Shown here: piece after piece, positions 30,810-38,300 of the stretch
Layout of the letters: every line of letters starts with the position of its first letter
How positions within the stretch are numbered: position 1 is the first letter of the stretch
Virus record (IMG/VR): IMGVR_UViG_2531839252_000006
DNA from: a virus
Taxonomy: Duplodnaviria > Heunggongvirae > Uroviricota > Caudoviricetes
Length of the DNA: 39,466 bases
Direction: 5' to 3' (one strand)
The notes under the pieces: model-generated
Told to the model about the DNA's origin: nothing
The model's database searches: none
Seen by the model: the letters and a program-made list of their open reading frames with translations, nothing else
Translations under genes and position numbers: made by a program

Positions 30810-31460
30810 ATGAATACACAACTGATGGGTGAGCGTATTCGCGCTCGCAGAAAAGAACTCAAGATTAGGCAGGCTGCCCTTGGCAAGATGGTTGGCGTGT
30901 CTAATGTTGCTATTTCCCAATGGGAGCGTTCTGAAACTGAGCCCAATGGCGAAAACCTATTGGCCTTAGCCAAGGCTTTGCAGTGCTCCCCTGATTACTT
31001 GTTGAAAGGAGAAGATAGTCTTTCAAACATTGCCTATCACAGCAGGCATGATCCAAGAGGTTCGTATCCTCTAATTAGTTGGGTAAGCGCAGGATGTTGG
31101 ATGGAAGCTGTAGAGCCATATCATAAGCGTGCAATAGATAACTGGTACGATACAACCGTAGATTGTTCAGAAGATTCGTTTTGGCTGGACGTAAAGGGTG
31201 ATTCGATGACGGCTCCAGCCGGTCTTAGCATCCCGGAAGGGATGATAATACTAGTCGATCCTGAAGTAGAACCTCGTAATGGGAAGCTGGTAGTGGCAAA
31301 GCTCGAAGGAGAAAACGAGGCAACTTTCAAGAAGTTAGTTATTGATGCTGGCAGAAGGTTTCTAAAACCACTTAACCCACAATATCCGATGATTGAGATC
31401 AACGGGAACTGCAAAATCATCGGTGTAGTTGTCGATGCAAAAATAGCAAACCTTCCATAA
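30810..31460 (+). CDS. c2: Prophage repressor C2 (CI-type, LexA-like S24 autopeptidase fold), 216 aa.
   Basis: Translation MNTQLMGERIRARRKELKIRQAALGKMVGVSNVAISQWERSE ... GDSM ... matches remembered P22 C2; same length. Confidence 0.9.
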   Translation: MNTQLMGERIRARRKELKIRQAALGKMVGVSNVAISQWERSETEPNGENLLALAKALQCSPDYLLKGEDSLSNIAYHSRHDPRGSYPLISWVSAGCWMEAVEPYHKRAIDNWYDTTVDCSEDSFWLDVKGDSMTAPAGLSIPEGMIILVDPEVEPRNGKLVVAKLEGENEATFKKLVIDAGRRFLKPLNPQYPMIEINGNCKIIGVVVDAKIANLP

Positions 31461-31482
31461 GGGGCATTCGCCCCTTTTTTCT
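31461..31482 (+). terminator. Rho-independent terminator directly after c2.
   Basis: ggggc-attc-gcccc followed by tttttt. Confidence 0.7.
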
Positions 31483-31499
31483 TTCCTTTAAAAATCAAA

Positions 31500-31600
31500 G
31501 CAAAACTTAAACTTCGCAATAAAATTTAAGTTTTCTTCAAAAACACTCTCGACCACCAATTAAAGAAATCTTAAATTTAAGTCATCAGCAGGACGCTGGT
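31500..31600. promoter_or_regulatory. OL/PL region: 18-bp operator attaaagaaatcttaaat (31559-31576) and further CTTAAA/TTTAAG half-sites.
   Basis: Operator palindromes seen directly; position upstream of nutL and N. Confidence 0.5.
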
Positions 31601-31622
31601 AGCCAAACGGAACAGATTGGCA

Positions 31623-31664
31623 GGCTCTTTAACATTGATGGGATTGTCCCGCCGAAATGCGGGA
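31623..31664 (+). promoter_or_regulatory. nutL: boxA (GCTCTTTAACA) plus the boxB hairpin (tcccgc-cgaaat-gcggga).
   Basis: Seen directly; boxB is identical to the nutR copy. Confidence 0.55.
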
Positions 31665-31771
31665 ACCAAAGAGTAGTTGGCTTTGGGGTGACGTGAAGTG
31701 CAGCTGCACGACGGCAACCGGAAGATAAGCACCCGGCGCGTCACCGCCAAAGTCAATCATCGGAGGTCAAC

Positions 31772-32044
31772 ATGACAGTAGTCATTACATATCTGGCTGA
31801 CGATAACGCCAGAAATAGCCGCAGAGCACGCAGACAGGCTCAACGTGAACAGGCAATGCAAGAGCAGCGACTGGCGCGAAAGATTGCGCTAAAGCTCTCT
31901 GGTTGCGTCAGAGCAGATAAAGCAGCATCACTCGGAAGCCTTCGCTGTAAGGAAGAAGATGAACGCAGTGGAAGTATTTGCCTGCCAAACGTAGCTCTTT
32001 ACGCGGCAGGCTACAGGAAATCAAAACAACTGACGGCGAGGTAA
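31772..32044 (+). CDS. N: N-type transcription antiterminator, 90 aa.
   Basis: Arg-rich N-terminal motif (NARNSRRARRQAQREQ) and first gene downstream of PL/nutL; GGAGG 5 nt upstream. Confidence 0.7.
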   Translation: MTVVITYLADDNARNSRRARRQAQREQAMQEQRLARKIALKLSGCVRADKAASLGSLRCKEEDERSGSICLPNVALYAAGYRKSKQLTAR

Positions 32045-32046
32045 TT

Positions 32047-32340
32047 ATGGATATTTCATGTATTGAACAATTACTAATTGAGAAAACGAAAGAAATGCTT
32101 GATGTATTGGACATAAAAATATCTGAGTTAAAAGATACACCCGCGACACAACTTATTCTCGAACGTAGTCGAAATAAATTCTTAGAGTTAAACCCTGACG
32201 TTCAAAATATAGCATCTAAACTGCTGGCTACATTGATTGAGAGAAATGCATTGTTATCGATGTCATCAGATGAACGAAAAAAACTGGCGAACGAAGATGC
32301 TGCAACCATCCGCCAGGCATTCGAAATTTTGTTTTCTTAA
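32047..32340 (+). CDS. Hypothetical protein, 97 aa, in an AT-rich segment after N.
   Basis: GAGG 6 nt upstream of the ATG at 32047; the longer ORF-track start would overlap N. Confidence 0.5.
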   Translation: MDISCIEQLLIEKTKEMLDVLDIKISELKDTPATQLILERSRNKFLELNPDVQNIASKLLATLIERNALLSMSSDERKKLANEDAATIRQAFEILFS

Positions 32341-32505
32341 TTACTTACTGTTTATTCTGATAATCTCATCAAGAATTTTTTCATAAACAACTGTGATTGG
32401 CTTTCCGTCAATGCCAGGGGCAAGATTACCGGCTCTGATAAGCTCAACAATAATCTGTTGAGCGGCTTCGTGTGGGTTGGTTTTAGGATTAACAATATCT
32501 GTCAT
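32341..32505 (-). CDS. Hypothetical small protein, 54 aa, convergent with the preceding gene.
   Basis: GAAGGG upstream of the ATG at 32505; stop abuts the stop of the plus-strand 97-aa gene. Confidence 0.4.
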   Translation of the reverse strand: MTDIVNPKTNPHEAAQQIIVELIRAGNLAPGIDGKPITVVYEKILDEIIRINSK

Positions 32506-32715
32506 AACAAAGCCCTTCTTTTGACTGTGGAAACAACAGTCTACCCATTTCCTTTGACTGTGGAAAGTGAAGGAACCACCGAGCCTGATGTGGTTAAAAG
32601 ACAGGCACAATCTTTACTACCGCAATCCACTATTTAAGGTGATATATGGAAGAAGAATTTGAAGAGTTCGAAGAGCATCCTCAGGATGTGATGGAACAAT
32701 ACCAGGACTATCCGT

Positions 32716-32916
32716 ATGACTACGACTATTGATAAAAATCAATGGTGTGGACAATTCAAGCGATGCAATGGATGCAAGCTGCAATCGGAATGCATGGTTA
32801 AGCCTGAAGAAATGTTTCCTGTAATGGAAGATGGGAAATATGTCGATAAATGGGCAATACGAACGACGGCAATGATTGCCAGAGAACTTGGTAAACAGAA
32901 TAACAAGGCTGCCTGA
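32716..32916 (+). CDS. ral: Ral-like restriction-alleviation protein, 66 aa.
   Basis: Length and sequence (MTTTIDKNQWCGQFKRCNGCKLQSECMVKPEEMF ...) resemble lambda Ral as remembered; position after N. Confidence 0.6.
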   Translation: MTTTIDKNQWCGQFKRCNGCKLQSECMVKPEEMFPVMEDGKYVDKWAIRTTAMIARELGKQNNKAA

Positions 32917-33052
32917 TGGTGGCCTTTATTTTTGGCATAAACAACAGAATAAACACTGCACTGTGTATTCATTCCAACGAGTGAATACACGGAGCAATGT
33001 CGCTCGTAACTAAACAGGAGCCGACTTGTTCTGATTGTTGGAAATCTTCTTT

Positions 33053-33080
33053 GCCCTCCAATGTGAGGGCGATTTTTTAT
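33053..33080 (+). terminator. Rho-independent terminator in the PL operon (tL-like).
   Basis: gccctc-caatgt-gagggc followed by gattttttat. Confidence 0.55.
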
Positions 33081-33098
33081 CTATGAGGATATGAATAG

Positions 33099-33467
33099 AT
33101 GTCAAACATCAAAAAATACATCATTGATTACGACTGGAAAGCGTCAATAGAAATTGAAATCGACCATGACGTAATGACAGAGGAAAAACTTCACCAGATT
33201 AATAATTTCTGGTCAGACTCTGAATACCGACTCAATAAACACGGCGCTGTATTAAATGCTGTATTAATCATGCTGGCGCAACATGCTCTGCTTATAGCAA
33301 TTTCGAAAGACTTAAATGCATATGGTGTTGTTTGTGAGTTCGACTGGGATGATGGAAATGGTCAGGAAGGATGGCCTCCAATGGATGGTAGTGAAGGAAT
33401 AAGAATTACCGATATCGATACATCAGGAATATTTGATTCAGATGATATGACTATCAAAGCCGCCTGA
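33099..33467 (+). CDS. Acidic hypothetical protein, 122 aa, at the lambda ea10 position.
   Basis: Position between ral and cIII, and the same length as lambda Ea10; no sequence similarity was checked. Confidence 0.45.
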   Translation: MSNIKKYIIDYDWKASIEIEIDHDVMTEEKLHQINNFWSDSEYRLNKHGAVLNAVLIMLAQHALLIAISKDLNAYGVVCEFDWDDGNGQEGWPPMDGSEGIRITDIDTSGIFDSDDMTIKAA

Positions 33468-33542
33468 GCGCGGCTTTACCGCATACCAATAATGCTTCAC
33501 GAGAGGCATTTTCGTTATGCAATCAAATATAAGGAGTTACCC

Positions 33543-33677
33543 ATGATGCACTTTCAGCTCGCGGGTAGCGGCGTCATGTCCGCTTTCTACCCGCACGAAT
33601 CTGAATTATCACGCCGAGTTAAACAATTAATCAGAGCAGCAAAGAAACAACTGGAGGCGTTATGCGCAATGAAATAG
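33543..33677 (+). CDS. cIII: CIII-like protein (FtsH inhibitor), 44 aa.
   Basis: MMHFQLAGSGVMSAFYPHESELSRRVKQL resembles the lambda CIII core; AAGGAG 6 nt upstream. Confidence 0.6.
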   Translation: MMHFQLAGSGVMSAFYPHESELSRRVKQLIRAAKKQLEALCAMK

Positions 33678-33814
33678 CCATTAATCACCAGATGCTTCGT
33701 GCTGCACAGAACAAAGCAGTAATAGCCAGATTTATTGGTGATTCAAAAATGTGGCTTGAAGCAAATAAAGCGATGAAATCAGCTATCAACCTTCCGTGGT
33801 ATCGCAGGAAATGA
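33662..33814 (+). CDS. kil: Kil-like host-killing protein, 50 aa; not in the ORF track.
   Basis: Hand translation MRNEIAINHQMLRAAQNKAVIARFIGDSKMWLEANKAMKSAINLPWYRRK resembles lambda Kil; GGAGG 5 nt upstream; overlaps the cIII end. Confidence 0.5.
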   Translation: MRNEIAINHQMLRAAQNKAVIARFIGDSKMWLEANKAMKSAINLPWYRRK

Positions 33815-33970
33815 GTTTTACAGATAACTGGTCAGACGAAGAATTCATTCGTCAGATGAAAGAATTAATCGGTAACGAAGGAGATATTCATGTCACTTGC
33901 AACCACAGTGAAGGAGAGCAAGTTACAGAGACGCATGTACACGCAGAAAGCTCTCTGGTATCGCCATAAT
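33812..33970 (+). CDS. Possible small protein, 52 aa, coupled to kil (ATGA overlap).
   Basis: Hand translation MSFTDNWSDEEFIRQMKELIGNEGDIHVTCNHSEGEQVTETHVHAESSLVSP. Confidence 0.3.
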
Positions 33971-34068
33971 GGTGACCGCGAAGGAATGCGGGTATGCCTT
34001 AATTTGTCCCGAGTCGAAGTATTAAATCAGCGTTATTTCCTTGGGCCGTGTCCATTCTGAGGTGAATT

Positions 34069-34776
34069 ATGGATTTGAACAAATTCGATGAGCCATTCAG
34101 CCCTGAAGATATCGAATGGCGAATACAGCAAAGCGGTAAAACACGCGATGGCAAGGTGTGGGCTATGGTGCTGGCTTATGTCACGAACCGGGCAATCATG
34201 AAACGCCTGGACGATGTTTGCGGCAAAGCAGGATGGCGCAATGAATACCGCGATATTCCCAACAACGGCGGAGTTGAATGCGGCATATCAATCAAGATTG
34301 ATTCCGAATGGGTAACCAAATGGGATGCTGCTGAAAACACGCAGGTAGAAGCCGTCAAAGGTGGTCGTTCAGGTGCAATGAAGCGTGCTGCCGTTCAGTG
34401 GGGAATCGGTCGGTATCTGTATAACCTTGAGGAAGGTTTCGCACAAACATCTCTCGATAAAAAGCAGGGGTGGCACAGGGCAAAACTGAAGGATGGAACA
34501 GGATTTTACTGGCTCCCTCCATCGCTGCCGGGATGGGCAATCCCAGCATCAGATAACAAACCATCACCAGAAAATACCAACCAGAAATCTCCATCGGTTG
34601 ACTGCGAACAAATCCTGAAAGACTTCAGCGATTATGCGTCAACAGAAACTGATAAGAAAAAACTCATCGAGCGTTATCAGCGTGACTGGCAATTAATGGC
34701 TGGCAACGAGGAGGCGCAGGCTAAATGCGTTCAGGTAATGAACATCAGAGTTAACGAACTAAAACAGGCGGCATAA
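34069..34776 (+). CDS. Single-strand annealing recombinase, Rad52/Rad22-like, 235 aa.
   Basis: Motif GAMKRAAVQWGIGRYLY resembles the Rad52-family signature; followed by ssb and an exonuclease. Confidence 0.6.
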   Translation: MDLNKFDEPFSPEDIEWRIQQSGKTRDGKVWAMVLAYVTNRAIMKRLDDVCGKAGWRNEYRDIPNNGGVECGISIKIDSEWVTKWDAAENTQVEAVKGGRSGAMKRAAVQWGIGRYLYNLEEGFAQTSLDKKQGWHRAKLKDGTGFYWLPPSLPGWAIPASDNKPSPENTNQKSPSVDCEQILKDFSDYASTETDKKKLIERYQRDWQLMAGNEEAQAKCVQVMNIRVNELKQAA

Positions 34777-35283
34777 ATGGCAAGCAGAGGCGTAAATAAG
34801 GTGATTATCCTTGGTCGGGTAGGACAAGCCCCGGAAGTTCGATACTCACCATCAGGAACAGCGTTAGCTAACCTGACAATAGCCACATCAGAACAATGGC
34901 GAGATAAAAATACTGGCGAGCAAAAGGAATTGACTGAATGGCATCGTGTTGCTGTATCCGGGAAACTGGCTGAGGTCGTGGGGCAGTATGTGAAAAAAGG
35001 TGATCAGATTTATTTCGAGGGAATGCTGAGAACCAGAAAGTGGAAAGACCAGTCAGGGCAAGACCGTTACACAACCGAGGTTCATGTCGGAATTAATGGC
35101 GTGATGCAAATGCTTGGCGGCATTGGCGACAGCAAACAACAAGCAGCCAGCAGGCAATCACAGAAGCCACAGCAGCAATCATCACCAGCACAACACAACG
35201 AACCTCCGATGGATTTTGACGACGATATACCCTTTGCACCAGTAACTCTCCCCTTCCCTCGTCACGCTATTCACGCAATTTAA
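34777..35283 (+). CDS. ssb: Single-stranded DNA-binding protein (OB fold), with a 15-aa extension after the DDDIPF motif.
   Basis: N-terminus [41 protein letters not shown] is a typical SSB; Gln-rich linker; DDDIPF is followed by [15 protein letters not shown] before the stop. Confidence 0.85.
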   Translation: MASRGVNKVIILGRVGQAPEVRYSPSGTALANLTIATSEQWRDKNTGEQKELTEWHRVAVSGKLAEVVGQYVKKGDQIYFEGMLRTRKWKDQSGQDRYTTEVHVGINGVMQMLGGIGDSKQQAASRQSQKPQQQSSPAQHNEPPMDFDDDIPFAPVTLPFPRHAIHAI

Positions 35284-35291
35284 GGACTTAC

Positions 35292-35840
35292 ATGAATCAC
35301 TTAATGGTTGACCTTGAAACAATGGGCAACGGGCCATACTCGCCAGTTATTTCTATTGGGGCGGTATTCTTTGACCCGAATACCGGAGAAACAGGAGAAG
35401 AGTTCTCGGTAAATATCTCGCTTGAGTCATCAATGCGATATCGGGCGCGTCCTGACGCTTCAACGATTTTATGGTGGATGGAACAGAGTGAAGAAGCCAG
35501 AAAATCGCTAACCAGCAACACTCAAGAGCTTTCAACGGCTCTTTCATGGTTATCTGAATTCATCATAAAGAACGCCAACCACAAATTCGTTCAGGTTTGG
35601 GGGAATGGAGCATCATTTGACTGCGTTATTCTCCGCAACAGTTATTCGCTGACAGGGCAGCCAGTTCCGTGGCAGTGGTGGAATGACCGCGACGTAAGAA
35701 CAATCGTCGAACTTGGGAAGGTAATAGGATTCGACCCTAAGCGAGATATGCCATTCAAAGGAACTCGCCACAACGCGCTTGATGATGCCATTCACCAAGC
35801 CAAATACGTTTCAGCGATCTGGAAAAAGTTAGCTAAATAA
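35292..35840 (+). CDS. DEDDh-type 3'-5' exonuclease, 182 aa.
   Basis: Motifs VDLETMG (D-x-E), WGNGASFDCVIL and HNALDDA (H-x4-D) are present. Confidence 0.75.
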   Translation: MNHLMVDLETMGNGPYSPVISIGAVFFDPNTGETGEEFSVNISLESSMRYRARPDASTILWWMEQSEEARKSLTSNTQELSTALSWLSEFIIKNANHKFVQVWGNGASFDCVILRNSYSLTGQPVPWQWWNDRDVRTIVELGKVIGFDPKRDMPFKGTRHNALDDAIHQAKYVSAIWKKLAK

Positions 35841-35856
35841 TCAACAGGAGAAAACC

Positions 35857-36150
35857 ATGCCAGCGCCTCTGTATGGTGCGGACGACGCGCGCCGCTGTTC
35901 CGGCAATTCCGTATCGGAGGTGCTGGATAAATTCAGAAAAAACTACGACCGGATAATGTCGCTACCGCAGGAAACGAAAGAGGAAAAGGAATTTCGCCAC
36001 TGTATATGGCTTGCAGAGAAAGAAGAACGCGAGCGAATTTACCAGACATCAATCCAACCATTCCGCAAAGCCACATATACCCACTTCCCTGAAATTGACC
36101 CGCGCCTGCGTAATTACCGCTCACGTTATGGCGCTATCAGTAATGACTGA
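35857..36150 (+). CDS. Hypothetical protein, 97 aa.
   Basis: Intact ORF in the PL operon. Confidence 0.45.
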   Translation: MPAPLYGADDARRCSGNSVSEVLDKFRKNYDRIMSLPQETKEEKEFRHCIWLAEKEERERIYQTSIQPFRKATYTHFPEIDPRLRNYRSRYGAISND

Positions 36151-36160
36151 GGAATTTACC

Positions 36161-36325
36161 ATGAGAGGACTTGCATACAATCCCGGCATTCTTCCGGCAG
36201 AAATGATTATTCGCCAACGCGTAAAGCCAATGCCATCGAGAGAGGAATTGCTTAAGAGAAATTCTTTTCCATCAGTAAATCAAAACAAATATCTGAATGC
36301 GATGTGGCGGAGTGGGAAGAAATGA
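36161..36325 (+). CDS. Possible small protein, 54 aa.
   Basis: GAGG 8 nt upstream of the ATG at 36161; overlaps the next gene start. Confidence 0.3.
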   Translation: MRGLAYNPGILPAEMIIRQRVKPMPSREELLKRNSFPSVNQNKYLNAMWRSGKK

Positions 36326-37227
36326 AACAAATGTCACTAATTGAGATGGATGGATTTCTGAAAGGTAAATGCATCCCACGAGATTTAAAGGTTAACGAAA
36401 CAAACGCTGAATATCTTGTCCGTAAGTTCGGTGAACTTGAATCAAAACTCAACGAGCAGCGTGAGTATTACGAGGGCGTTATCTCGGATGGGAGTAAGCG
36501 TATTGCTGAACTGGAGAAAAGCGAAGAGCAACTCATCAACGAGCGTGACCATGCTGAGTATGCTTTAGCTGATATGTATTTTGCAGCAACCGGGAACAGG
36601 CCGGAATGGAGTAACTGTTTCAGTTTTTCAGATGCAGTAGATGCCGTAGTTGACAGAATTGCTGATTTAGAAGTTAAACAGCCATCGCCAGTAGTACCGG
36701 AAGAAAAACCAATGCCGAACCCTCTTAGCATGTATGCGGTTGATGCGGTTGCAGCTATTGCAGAGGTGAGAGGCTGGAACGCCTGTCGTGCCGCCATGCT
36801 TCATGGTGCCAAACCTGTAAGCCAAACTTACAACTTGCCACAAACGGAGTTTGAACAGGTTGCTGACCTCTACAAAATGCAATTTGATGACGGTCGCACT
36901 TGTGCCTTTCACACTGATGCGCAAAAGGCTGCTCAATGGCTTCAGACGTGCGACGGAAACAGAGTTCAGGAATACGTGAAGCTGGAACGGTTGCAGAATG
37001 CGCTGTCTGGCAACTATCCGGTAACTCCGGATGGTTGGATAAGCTGTAGTGAGCGAATGCCAGATGATGGTCAGCACGTAATTATTTTATGTGATGGCGC
37101 ATTCGTTCTTTATGCGCAATATCGAGACGGTGAGTTTTTTGATGTTGTCCGCAATGGTGAGGAGTTCTTCGAAACGCAGAGCCGCAATGTAACCCACTGG
37201 ATGCCGCTACCAGAACCGCCGCTCTGA
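36322..37227 (+). CDS. DUF551-domain phage protein.
   Basis: C-terminal [18 protein letters not shown] ... [10 protein letters not shown] is the DUF551 hallmark; start chosen at the ATG at 36322 rather than the GTG at 36304. Confidence 0.55.
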   Translation: MKQMSLIEMDGFLKGKCIPRDLKVNETNAEYLVRKFGELESKLNEQREYYEGVISDGSKRIAELEKSEEQLINERDHAEYALADMYFAATGNRPEWSNCFSFSDAVDAVVDRIADLEVKQPSPVVPEEKPMPNPLSMYAVDAVAAIAEVRGWNACRAAMLHGAKPVSQTYNLPQTEFEQVADLYKMQFDDGRTCAFHTDAQKAAQWLQTCDGNRVQEYVKLERLQNALSGNYPVTPDGWISCSERMPDDGQHVIILCDGAFVLYAQYRDGEFFDVVRNGEEFFETQSRNVTHWMPLPEPPL

Positions 37228-37323
37228 TAGCGAATCTTATACATATCTTTTACATCAACAATATATTGTTAATTTCCAATCAATGTTACGTTGTCATCTC
37301 ACTCATGCTTTGGAGGTAGTGAT

Positions 37324-37503
37324 ATGTCTTGTCCAAAATGCGGTTCTGGAAATATTGCAAAAGAAAAAACAAGGCGTGGATGGTCTGGAGATTATGTGTG
37401 CAGTGATTGCGGATACAACAACTCTAAAGACGCATTTGGAATGCGCGGTAAAAACGAGTTTAGTAAAAATAATAAAGAACGCGGAAGCAACGAAAAAAGC
37501 TAA
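37324..37503 (+). CDS. Small zinc-ribbon protein, 60 aa.
   Basis: CPKCGSG ... CSDCGY motifs; GGAGG 7 nt upstream. Confidence 0.5.
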   Translation: MSCPKCGSGNIAKEKTRRGWSGDYVCSDCGYNNSKDAFGMRGKNEFSKNNKERGSNEKS

Positions 37504-37569
37504 ATTATTTATTCATATATGAAAACAATGTAACCAATATTCGAATTGAAGAACTGAAAGAACACTAAG

Positions 37570-37592
37570 CCGCCTGATGGCGGTTTTTTATT
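37570..37592 (+). terminator. Rho-independent terminator.
   Basis: gccgcc-tgat-ggcgg followed by ttttttatt. Confidence 0.5.
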
Positions 37593-37603
37593 GGAGACAA
37601 GAA

Positions 37604-37948
37604 ATGTCAGATTTGGCTATGAAGATTTTGAAATGGCAAACGACTGGCGATGTCGGCATCAGTAGCGCAACTCTTGCCTCAATCGCATGTGGACTGAAAA
37701 AGAATATCTATGGTCATCACTTCGGCGCTCCACATGACGCAGCCGATTTCCGACGATGCGTTGCACTTGTTGAGCAGATTCCAGAAATCAGAGATTCATT
37801 CGACAAGGTTGCAAAGCGCGTTCCGGCATTCAAAGGCATCCTCAACGAATGGGATTCTCTCGTTGCTCTGTTGAAGTCTGAAATGAAGATACACGGAAAC
37901 AAAGCACCAGAGACTTACAGAAGAATCAGAGAACTACGCAAGGACTAA
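37604..37948 (+). CDS. Hypothetical protein, 114 aa.
   Basis: GGAG 8 nt upstream of the ATG at 37604. Confidence 0.5.
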   Translation: MSDLAMKILKWQTTGDVGISSATLASIACGLKKNIYGHHFGAPHDAADFRRCVALVEQIPEIRDSFDKVAKRVPAFKGILNEWDSLVALLKSEMKIHGNKAPETYRRIRELRKD

Positions 37949-38069
37949 CTATGGAATCATACAGCCTCACACTCGATGAGGCCTGACAGTTTCTCAAGAT
38001 CGCCAGATCTACCGCAACCGACAATAACCGCCACTGAACGGTTTATTTCTTTATGGAGAAACCATACAA

Positions 38070-38300
38070 ATGACAATCAATATTCAGCCGATTCTAATAA
38101 ACCGCGAGCGTGTTCAGGAGATGCTTGGTGGTATCTCCAGAACTACTTTTTACCGGAAGCGTAAACAGTGGGAGCAATCAGGGACACCATTCCCTCGGGA
38201 AGTGGAAGAAATCCACCCACCGAAAGGCGGCGCCCTCTTTCGCTACAAGGAAGTTATTCAGTTTTGCAAAGATAAAGGATTGATTTCCGAACACTCTTGA
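38070..38300 (+). CDS. xis: AlpA-family DNA-binding protein; putative excisionase.
   Basis: Small helix-turn-helix protein (LINRERVQEMLGGISRTTFYRKRK) adjacent to the integrase; convergent with it and overlapping by 43 bp. Confidence 0.55.
   Translation: MTINIQPILINRERVQEMLGGISRTTFYRKRKQWEQSGTPFPREVEEIHPPKGGALFRYKEVIQFCKDKGLISEHS

Noticed and set aside
36468-37077. Minus-strand ORFs antisense to the DUF551 gene
   Set aside because: They oppose a frame with a clear conserved C-terminal domain.
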